Positions 28,883 to 36,963 of a stretch of 64,000 nt of DNA are shown here, one piece after another. The stretch lies in the NCBI GenBank assembly GCA_963769885.1, contig CAVYNH010000006.1, positions 512,001 through 576,000 of the forward strand. Reading direction: 5' to 3'. The notes beneath the pieces are model-generated. The model had not been told where the DNA came from. It did not search any database and saw nothing but the letters and a program-made list of their open reading frames with translations. The position numbers and the translations under genes are program-made. Source of the DNA: Methanobacteriota archaeon (GTDB lineage Archaea; Thermoplasmatota; E2; DHVEG-1). Each line of letters starts with the position of its first letter. Positions within the stretch are counted from its first letter, which is position 1.

Positions 28883-30351
28883 CTAAAGGAATTTCCAGAC
28901 GGAAATTTTATCGCTTGCCGTCTGTCCAAGAGTATTGTACCCGATTACGGAAATTGTATGTTGGATGAACGGTTCTATTCTCCATGTCCAGGTATAGGGT
29001 GGTGTGCGGCAGGTGTGTCTGAGCTTTCCGTCGATGTAAAAATCGACGTAATCGATAGTCGCGTTATCGATGGCCGTGACCCTGATTGTTATTTTGCCGA
29101 CGATCACGGTGGGTGCTGGGTTTGGTACGAGGTAATTCATGGGGAATAGTTCATGATTGCAGACGTAGAGATATCCAGCCTTTATGCTGGTGATATCGAC
29201 GTATAAGGGGAGGTTTCCGTGCGGCTTCATGAGCGGAAAACGGTCACGGTTTATTCCCCCTGAGATATTGTAGGGGGTGTCCCCGATGCCGTCGCCATTG
29301 GCATCGATCCCGGTGTAGTCGTCCCAATAGTTGCCGGTTGAGGTCCGTTATCCCATTGGTTTGACCAGTTGTCGTAGCCGTTTCGGCCATTGTTGAAGAA
29401 GTTATTTTGATAAATTATGATGCCACCGATATGGCTGTCAATGTGAACCCCACTTTCGAGGTTCCCGGCCAGGGTATTTCTTATCACGATATTATTGTTG
29501 AATGGCCCATCGACGTTATCAAAATGGATGCCGGCTCCTTTATTCTTCATGATGATGTTTTCAAGGATCGTATTGTTTTCTGAGTTTAGAACCCAGACCC
29601 CGTCAAAAGTTTTGCTGTAGAGGATGGTGTTGTTACAAACGAGGGTATGCTGCGCACACCATAGAAAAATCCCATCATTGTTTCCTTCGATTGTATTTCC
29701 AATTATAATATTTCTATCTGGTTGAGGCGTTGGTTGAAAAATGCTGATGCCAACATAGATACCATGGTTCGTATTATTCGTAATCGTATTTCCGATTACA
29801 CGGTTGTCAATCGATCCAGGACCAAGGACAATACCAATGAAAGCATTTTCTGAGGCTGTATTATATTCGATAGTATTGTTTGTTGAGTTCGAAAGGAGGA
29901 TACCAAAATTGTTCTTTCGAAAAATATTTCCGGAGACAATGCAGTTCGAATGGTTTGTAAGAACAACGCCATTTCCTTGGTTTGCTCCCCCTCCATTTTG
30001 TATGGTGAATCCAGTGATTTTGATATAATCTGATTGAACTGTTATGACATGACCATGCCCTTGTCCATCGATGATTGTTGCATTCTTGTTTTCACCGATT
30101 AGGTTAATAGCATGTGGGATAATCAATCGTTCATAGTAGGGTAACGTATGGGCGTAAACGAAAACGGTATCTCCTGCCGTCGAATTGTTGATAGCCGCCT
30201 GGATAGTTGAATAGTTCTCAGGTCCAGACCCTCCTACATAAAGAATATTCCCACTGGATGAAGGAAGAGCTGACTTCTCATTTGAGTGTGCTACGACAAT
30301 GATGCTTGAGCAAAGAAGCAGCAGGACTACCCAAACTACTAAATTCTTCAT
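28883..30351 (-). pseudogene. NosD/right-handed beta-helix secreted protein with C-terminal Ig-like domain; frameshift near 29345
   Basis: YVGGSGPENYSTIQAAI and beta-helix repeats; the conserved GNYWDDYTG.DANGDGIGDTPY...RFPL continues in the frame of ORF 28883-29230. Confidence 0.85.
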
Positions 30352-30462
30352 TGCTTCCCCTCTATATAATTTAAAAAGAGGCTTTTAAAACCTTCTATAG
30401 CCTATATAAGAGCAAATGAAACCTTTATCCTCTTCTATAAAGAGGAATCAACTTTCGAATAG

Positions 30463-30855
30463 TTATTTTTTCGAATTGACCGTGACTGTTCCAGAGTCGG
30501 CGTCGAGGGTGACCTGGTCGCCATCCTTGATCTGGTCGATGTCGATCTTGTCAATGCAGGGGATGCCGGCGAGGATGACGCCGGTGGCGACGATGGTCTC
30601 GGTCTCCTTATTGATGATGCCTTTGGGGCCGACCTTGTTCTTCGCCAGGCCGTAGATGACGTAGGAGCCGACGGTGGAGCCCTTGCCGTTGGGGAAGACG
30701 AGAATCTTATCCTTGACGCTCTTGCCTTCGAGCGGGTGACCTTTTTCAATAACGAGGCCGGTCTTGATGTCGACCATGCCGTAGAAGCCGAGCGGTTCCT
30801 TAGAGACGAGGGCTGTGCCTGTTGCCTTTCCGGGGGAGATGATGCGTCCATTCAT
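30463..30855 (-). CDS. Phosphomevalonate dehydratase small subunit (AcnX swivel domain, DUF126)
   Basis: GHPLEG.S, FPNGKGSTVGSYV motif; coupled to the large subunit. Confidence 0.88.
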   Translation of the reverse strand: MNGRIISPGKATGTALVSKEPLGFYGMVDIKTGLVIEKGHPLEGKSVKDKILVFPNGKGSTVGSYVIYGLAKNKVGPKGIINKETETIVATGVILAGIPCIDKIDIDQIKDGDQVTLDADSGTVTVNSKK

Positions 30856-32036
30856 GCGATTGCCTCCACGAGCGCGTCAAGGTTCGCAAAACACACGCTC
30901 TGTTTGCAGAAGCTGGGGAGATAGTTTGCGGCTTTACCTGACGTTACTCCTGTGGTCTTATAGCCCATGTCTTCGATGGGGCTGACAACCATGCAGGTGT
31001 CGGCGACGATATGGCCGCCTGCTTTTTCGATGATCTGACTGTAGCCCATGCGGTCCGCGGCCTCCTTCATCATCCGGCTGGTGCAGACCCAGAGGGGCTT
31101 GCGCAGCTTCTTCCCCTTGACTTTGTCGGCGACCGAACTGATCTCCCGCAGCGAGGCGTGCGGGCAGCCGACGATGACGATGTCCGGTTCTTTGCCGGTG
31201 TTGAGCTTGGCGTAGGCGTCCTGGAGGTCTTTCTTGGCGATCGTGATGGTCTCGAGATTGTCTTTCTTGACGAGGTCTGCTTCGGGGGTGAGGCCTTCGA
31301 CGTGGTACAACGCGACGGCGCCGGAGGCGGCCATCGCTGCTCCGAGGGCCTTGAGCTGGTCGGTGTCCGCGTTCTTGATGCCGGTAAAATAGGGGATCTT
31401 GTTCTTGATCTGCTTTCCCAGGATGTAGCCTAAGGCGCCGAAATCAGAATCAAAAACTAAATCGGTTTCAACTTTGACTTTGATGCTCGGCTGGCGCTGC
31501 TCCCAGAGGTGGAAGCCGTAGTTGGGGGTCTTGCCGAAGATCGCGGCCGCAAGCGCGGAGGGCCCGCCTTCACGGTTGGTACGCGCGCCGATGACGCTGT
31601 TGGAAAACGAGATGGCGGAGGACTCGGACCAGGCGATGTGTTCCCTGAATCGTGGAAGGTTGCCGGCCAGATATGGGGTGCAGGTGGCGGTGATGACAAT
31701 ACCCATCTGTTTGAAGGCGTCCATGATGCGCATCTGGTTCTTCGCGAACTCCTTTTTAAAGCCGAGCTTCTGCCAGTCTTCCAGGTCCATGCCGGCGGGG
31801 TTGAGGAAGGTGAGGACTTTCACTTTGACACCTTGGCTGGCGATGTCTTCGAGGAACTCGGTGCCGGGTTCTTCGATGGATTTGTAGGAGACGCCGGCGA
31901 CCTGGACGGATCCGACGGGGATCATCTTGTCGGCGCCGTAGATCTCGCCGAGACGTACGAGGAGGCGGAACATGCGTTCCTGGACGGGGCCTTCCTCTCC
32001 GTTGAGGATGGCTTCTTCCTGGTTTGTGAGATACAT
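30852..32036 (-). CDS. Phosphomevalonate dehydratase large subunit (AcnX, DUF521)
   Basis: GVSYK, TCTPY, AWSESSA, GARTN, GCPH, DTCMVV, SGKAA motifs. Confidence 0.9.
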   Translation of the reverse strand: MYLTNQEEAILNGEEGPVQERMFRLLVRLGEIYGADKMIPVGSVQVAGVSYKSIEEPGTEFLEDIASQGVKVKVLTFLNPAGMDLEDWQKLGFKKEFAKNQMRIMDAFKQMGIVITATCTPYLAGNLPRFREHIAWSESSAISFSNSVIGARTNREGGPSALAAAIFGKTPNYGFHLWEQRQPSIKVKVETDLVFDSDFGALGYILGKQIKNKIPYFTGIKNADTDQLKALGAAMAASGAVALYHVEGLTPEADLVKKDNLETITIAKKDLQDAYAKLNTGKEPDIVIVGCPHASLREISSVADKVKGKKLRKPLWVCTSRMMKEAADRMGYSQIIEKAGGHIVADTCMVVSPIEDMGYKTTGVTSGKAANYLPSFCKQSVCFANLDALVEAIA

Positions 32037-32109
32037 ACCTGGTTTCTCCTGATGGGCAGGGTTATAACCTGGGTGATTATTTTAGTTTTCCCACCCCAAA
32101 GGATCTCGT

Positions 32110-33276
32110 ATGAAGCTGAAGCAGCGGCCACAGGACTTCATCGTCGAGGAGACCTCGAGTCTGACGTGGTCATCTCAGAAGGCGGCGCACGCGGTCTATG
32201 CGATGGAGAAGACGGAGGTCGATACGTTCACGGCCGTCCGCGCGCTCGCCCGCCGTCTGCGTCTGCCCCCTGGGGAGGTCGGGTACGCGGGGCTGAAGGA
32301 CAAGCACGCGATCGCACGGCAGTACATCTCGCTCCCAGTGCACTGCAACATCGAGACGATGCGCCTGCCGGGCATCGAGATCAAACGAGTCGGGTACCTT
32401 CCCAACAAGATCCAGATCGGAGACCTCCAAGGCAATACGTTCACGATCGTCGTCAGAGACCTTTGTGATTCAGAACTGGACCATTTTATGGACCGAATCG
32501 ACCACCTTCGCACCGACGGCGTCCCAAACTACTTCGACAGCCAGCGCTTCGGGAGTGTCATCAACCACGTCTTCATCGCCAAACTCCTCATCCAAGGCAA
32601 GGACGAAGCGGCCGTGAGACAGTACCTAACCGCGTACCAGAAATCCGAGCCCAAGACCGTCAAAGACGAGAAGCGCAGACTCGCAGCCGAGTGGGCTCAC
32701 CTCGCAGACATCCACGCCCGTGATCGGACAATCGCCCGCGTCATCGAGGAATACCGGACGACACAGAGCTGGCTCCAAGCCTACCAACACGTCCCCTCGC
32801 AGCTTCGAGAGATCCACGCCAACGCCTACCAAAGCTACCTCTGGAACGAGATCCTCAAAGAACTCCTCCACACCATCGTCGACCGCAGACGGCTGTTCAC
32901 GGTCGAGTACGCCGTCGGCTCACTCTTCTTCTACAAAGACCTGACAGCTGACGAACACCAGGCCATCCCCCCAGAGTTCTACACCCCTAGCGAGACCGCG
33001 CTGTATTCAGGCAAAGAGCTCACCGCAGTCAAAAAAATCCTCGCGCGAGAAGGCATCAGCCAACAGGACCTCGCCAGACTCCATGCTGCAGGCTACATCC
33101 TCAAAGCCCGACCACGCCCCACCATCCTCACACCCACAGACCTCTCCGCTACCGCGCCCCAGCCGGACGAACTCAACACCAAACCACGGGAACCACGCAG
33201 CAAAATCAAGCTCACCTTCACCCTCCCCAAGGGAGCCTACGCGACCATCGTCACCAAACAACTCTTCGGCCACTAA
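32110..33276 (+). CDS. truD: tRNA pseudouridine(13) synthase
   Basis: DFIVEE, YAGLKDKHA..RQ, GN.F.I, PNYF..QRFG, AYQSYLWN, F.LPKG.YAT. Confidence 0.95.
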   Translation: MKLKQRPQDFIVEETSSLTWSSQKAAHAVYAMEKTEVDTFTAVRALARRLRLPPGEVGYAGLKDKHAIARQYISLPVHCNIETMRLPGIEIKRVGYLPNKIQIGDLQGNTFTIVVRDLCDSELDHFMDRIDHLRTDGVPNYFDSQRFGSVINHVFIAKLLIQGKDEAAVRQYLTAYQKSEPKTVKDEKRRLAAEWAHLADIHARDRTIARVIEEYRTTQSWLQAYQHVPSQLREIHANAYQSYLWNEILKELLHTIVDRRRLFTVEYAVGSLFFYKDLTADEHQAIPPEFYTPSETALYSGKELTAVKKILAREGISQQDLARLHAAGYILKARPRPTILTPTDLSATAPQPDELNTKPREPRSKIKLTFTLPKGAYATIVTKQLFGH

Positions 33277-33590
33277 AGGTTGGGGATAAAGGCACGGCAA
33301 TTCCGCACCAACACCTCGATCTCTTCCTTCGTCGCCCCATCGATGTGGATACCGCCGACCGCGACGGCCGTCACATGATACCTCTCACACGCCGCCTTAG
33401 CGATGATCTCGAGAACCACGGTGTCGTAATGCCCCTGCCGCGAAAGCACTAGAGGCTTCTTCCCTGGCTCGCAAAGTACCACGCCGCCGACATGCGGCCG
33501 CTCACCGCCACCTAAAATATAGACGAGGTCCGAGCCCACCTGATGCTTCTCCAACCAGACCCGATACTTCCCGCTACCGGAGGTAATCAT
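33273..33590 (-). CDS. LpdD-like prenylated-flavin chaperone (PAC4-like fold)
   Basis: GGGERPHVGGV, GHYD, GGIHIDGATKEEI motifs; overlaps the ubiD-family stop. Confidence 0.7.
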   Translation of the reverse strand: MITSGSGKYRVWLEKHQVGSDLVYILGGGERPHVGGVVLCEPGKKPLVLSRQGHYDTVVLEIIAKAACERYHVTAVAVGGIHIDGATKEEIEVLVRNCRAFIPNL

Positions 33591-34884
33591 CCAGCCTCAC
33601 AGGCTTGTACTTGACGACCTCGTACTTACTCTTGTCGACGCCCGCCGGGATCGTCGCATCGACGCCGACCTTGTCGGTCAGCGCCTTCTTGCCTTCCTCC
33701 TGCCTCGCAGTCGGGTCAAGAGAGCTTCCCGGCTGGTCGCACTTCACGACCAGATCCCTGCCGCCCTGGAACCGTGTCGCGATCGCCCACTCCACCGCCG
33801 TCGGGTTATAGATGTCCACGTCGCTGTCAATGATCACGACATGCTTCATGCTCTTATGGCCAAGGAACGCGGCCTCGATTGCCTTCTTCCCATCCTCCGG
33901 CGACTTCTTCTCAATCTGCACGATGCCATGCAGCCAGCTACCGCCACCCAACGTGATTAGCACGTTCTTGCAGGTCGCCACCTTGCTGACCTCATCGTAG
34001 ATCGTCGGCTCCTTCGGCATCCCCATCAGGTTCTTATGTTCAAGCCGCCCGGGGATGAGTGCTTGGTACATCGCGTCCTTGCGATGCGTGATGCAGTCGA
34101 CGGCGAACACGGGCTCCTTGCGCTCAAAGTCGCGGGTCTCGGTCAAATCCAGGAAAGGCCCTTCCTTGTCAGTCTGCTTCGTGAGACGACCTTCAATCAC
34201 AAACTCTGACTCTGAGGGGACCTCAAGGTCGTTGGTGACGCATTTCACCATCGTCATTGGATCCAGCGTATTCGCAATGGAAAACTCGTCCACACCAGAG
34301 GGCGGGCTGAGGCTCGCCGCGACCATCACGGGAACCGAGCTGCCGATACAGACAGCAAACGGCGTATCACCACTATTTTTATCATACGTCGTGCGCGTCT
34401 GCCTGCCCTTGATCAATCGCGCCGTGAAATGGTTCTTATCCCGCTTCATGAGCCGATGGTACGAGGCGTTGCGCCCGGTCTGCGGGTCTTTCACCGTCGC
34501 GACCGTCGCCGTGGCATAGTACCCCCCGTCACCAGGCAGATGGAACAACAATGGAAGCTCATCGAGGTTCGGAGTCTTCTCCACGACCTCCTGGCACGGA
34601 GCAGAGGTGACGATCTTTGGAACCGTTGGATGCCGCAGGGCGTTCACCAGCACCGGCAGGAGCTGCTCCTTCATCGTGCCGAACGCCTCCGCGATGATGT
34701 CCCGGTTCGACGTGATCCCGCCGAACACCGGGTACTTCGAGCCGGCGACATGGTCGAAGATCACCGGCTGCTCGCCGAGGGTGTTCATGATGTTGGCGAT
34801 CTCGTACTGTGTCGAAACCTCCTTTTTGATTTTGACGAGTTTCTTCTCTTGTTCCAGCTGTTTGAGAAACGGACGGAGTTGCAT
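33574..34884 (-). CDS. UbiD-family decarboxylase, probable anhydromevalonate-phosphate decarboxylase
   Basis: DGG.Y, N.SYHR, EGPF.D, WAIATR, GSSLDP, K.G.DAT; directly downstream of mvk; true start ATG 34884. Confidence 0.88.
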   Translation of the reverse strand: MQLRPFLKQLEQEKKLVKIKKEVSTQYEIANIMNTLGEQPVIFDHVAGSKYPVFGGITSNRDIIAEAFGTMKEQLLPVLVNALRHPTVPKIVTSAPCQEVVEKTPNLDELPLLFHLPGDGGYYATATVATVKDPQTGRNASYHRLMKRDKNHFTARLIKGRQTRTTYDKNSGDTPFAVCIGSSVPVMVAASLSPPSGVDEFSIANTLDPMTMVKCVTNDLEVPSESEFVIEGRLTKQTDKEGPFLDLTETRDFERKEPVFAVDCITHRKDAMYQALIPGRLEHKNLMGMPKEPTIYDEVSKVATCKNVLITLGGGSWLHGIVQIEKKSPEDGKKAIEAAFLGHKSMKHVVIIDSDVDIYNPTAVEWAIATRFQGGRDLVVKCDQPGSSLDPTARQEEGKKALTDKVGVDATIPAGVDKSKYEVVKYKPVRLDDYLR

Positions 34885-34886
34885 AG

Positions 34887-35846
34887 TCACTCGACCTCGG
34901 TACGGGACATCCCGATAATCGTCTTGATGGTCTGGAAGCCTTCCTTCTCGATAGCGTTGGCAACGCGGTCCTGGACGGCTTTGCCGGGGGTGAGAGCGAT
35001 GATGTTGCCACCGAGCCCGCCGCCGGTGAGCTTGGCGCCGAGCGCCCCGCATTTCACCGCGACCTGGACGAGGAAGTCGAGCTCCCGGCTGCTGACCTCG
35101 ATCTGCTGCAGGAGCCGATGGTTCTCGTTCATCAGCTTACCGACGGCCTTATAATCGCCTTCCTCCAACGCCCGTTTGGCGAGGTAGGTGATGTTCTCAG
35201 CACGATCGAAGATTTCCTCGTACTTCTTGGGGTTCTTCTCCTTGCGTTCCTTGACGCCGGCGACCGCCGCCTGGGTGTTGGCCACCTTGCCGGTGTTCCC
35301 GATGACGATCTCCACGGGGGTGGAGACCGAGATTTTTTCGATGACGTTGTGGTCCGCTTTCTGGAACCAGATGAGGCCGCCGTAGGTCGAGGCGGTGTTG
35401 TCGACGCCGGAGGGCGTCCCATGGTAGCCTTTTTCGCCTTCGAAGGCGACGGCGTTGATCTCCTCATCGGAGAGATTGAGGGTGTAGTAGTCGGAGAGGG
35501 CGCGGGCGGCGGCGACGCAGGAGGCGGCGCTGGCGCCGATGCCGCTGGAGGCGACGAGGTTGCCGTCCAGGATGATCCGGATGCCCTTCGTTGAGAGGTC
35601 GATGTTCATTTTCTGCAGGATCCGGTTGAGGGAGTCGATCTGCTGGTCTTTCTTGTCTTCCTTGTAGTGGGGCGTTGCGGGCCGTAGGTCCTGCAGCTCA
35701 TACTGGGGCTTGTTTAGCGGTTCTATACGGGCTCTGGTGTACTGGCCAATGGCCGAGACGATGGAGGGGATGCCATAGACCACGAAATGTTCGTTGAAGA
35801 GGATTGCTTTTCCGAAACCGATGCCTTGTCCTTTCATTCGTATCAC
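34887..35846 (-). CDS. mvk: Mevalonate kinase
   Basis: GKAILFNEHFVVYG, GIGASAA, HGTPSGVDN, GAKLTGGGLGG (GHMP motifs). Confidence 0.93.
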   Translation of the reverse strand: MIRMKGQGIGFGKAILFNEHFVVYGIPSIVSAIGQYTRARIEPLNKPQYELQDLRPATPHYKEDKKDQQIDSLNRILQKMNIDLSTKGIRIILDGNLVASSGIGASAASCVAAARALSDYYTLNLSDEEINAVAFEGEKGYHGTPSGVDNTASTYGGLIWFQKADHNVIEKISVSTPVEIVIGNTGKVANTQAAVAGVKERKEKNPKKYEEIFDRAENITYLAKRALEEGDYKAVGKLMNENHRLLQQIEVSSRELDFLVQVAVKCGALGAKLTGGGLGGNIIALTPGKAVQDRVANAIEKEGFQTIKTIIGMSRTEVE

Positions 35847-35907
35847 TCAGGAATTATCCTGGTTTTCTGCTGAATACTGATGAGAGTTTATTATGTTTAT
35901 GGGCAAA

Positions 35908-36444
35908 CTATGCCTGGTTTTCTCCGAGAGGTGTGCCGCAGGCATGCCGCAGGGAGCAGTGTTGGCAGCGGCGGGGGTCGTCGTGATTCAGGATTACCCG
36001 GCCGGTGGTCAGTGTCTGCCGCATCCGCCGCATGGTCTCCTCCAAGGAATACCGCAGCTGGGGGTCGAAGGGGATCTTGGTCGGCTGGTCGCCCAGGACG
36101 AGGATGCCGTAGGGGACGAACTCCCCGGTGGTGTCCTCGAGGAGTTGGCAATAGGCGGCCAGCTGCAGGACGTGGCTGGGCTGCGGATGGGTATGGTGTC
36201 CGGTCTTGACCTCGATGGGAACGAGATGGTCATCCTGGCGCAGGATGTAGTCAGGTTTGCCCGTCAACTGGAGACGTCGTGAGAACAGAGGAGCGGCGGG
36301 GATGGAGAGATCCTGATACACTAAGGTGCCGTCAGGGATTCCGTGTTGTGTCTTCTGGGCCTGGGTTCGGCGACGCATGGTCAGGGCGGAGACGATGAGG
36401 AGGCTGGCGATGAGCAGGAGGATGAGGGGCAGCAGGATGCTCAC
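35908..36444 (-). CDS. Solo Cas4-like PD-(D/E)xK nuclease, C-terminal half, with N-terminal TM helix
   Basis: GKPDY, PIEVKT, QLAAY, CQHCSLRHAC; lacks the first Cys; GTG start overlaps the upstream TGA. Confidence 0.85.
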   Translation of the reverse strand: MSILLPLILLLIASLLIVSALTMRRRTQAQKTQHGIPDGTLVYQDLSIPAAPLFSRRLQLTGKPDYILRQDDHLVPIEVKTGHHTHPQPSHVLQLAAYCQLLEDTTGEFVPYGILVLGDQPTKIPFDPQLRYSLEETMRRMRQTLTTGRVILNHDDPRRCQHCSLRHACGTPLGENQA

Positions 36445-36710
36445 AGGACCACCCCGAGGAAGAGAGCCAGGAGAGAGAGGAGGAGCAGGAGGAGGCCGAG
36501 GGCAAGGGCGCGGGAGGCATGGCGCTGGCGGCGCTGGATGCTCTCCAGGCTGTAGCCGAGGTCTGTGTGGCGGTCAGTGCCCGTGTTGAGTCCGGGTGAT
36601 TCTGGCTGGTGGCCTTGGCGGCGGAGGTACCAGGCGTTGGAGCAGTAGGTGTATTGGCCGATCTCGGAGGCGCTGAGGACGCGTGAAGCCTGGGGCGGGC
36701 GGGTTCCCAT
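36441..36710 (-). CDS. Cas4 N-terminal half (first Fe-S Cys) with C-terminal TM helix
   Basis: LSASEIGQYTYCSNAWYL...G...H, then a hydrophobic tail; ATG 36710 about 25 nt after CTTATATA. Confidence 0.8.
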   Translation of the reverse strand: MGTRPPQASRVLSASEIGQYTYCSNAWYLRRQGHQPESPGLNTGTDRHTDLGYSLESIQRRQRHASRALALGLLLLLLSLLALFLGVVL

Positions 36711-36963
36711 CAAGAGGAGGAGAGGGGGGTGGTCGTATATAAGGGCGGTGTGGGGGTCGGCGAAAGTACCCAGAGGCTTTGTCTCAAAAGTATTCAGTCG
36801 TCCCCCGAGATCGTTTTTCTCGTCTTGAAGTGGCTTCAGGAGGAACCTTTGAGTTTTGAGACAACGCCGTACCCAGAATCCGGTGGGGGGGGGTTTGGTG
36901 TTTCCCAAACGATTTCCGACACTATATAAGGTTTCATGGATATAGCGGTGAATGTGATTCCCC

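Noticed and set aside
34885-35052. Arg-rich N-terminal extension of the UbiD ORF
   Set aside because: It overlaps mvk; the conserved UbiD start is ATG 34884.
35908-36710. CRISPR-Cas locus suggested by Cas4
   Set aside because: No repeat-spacer array, cas1, cas2 or effector genes seen anywhere in the window.
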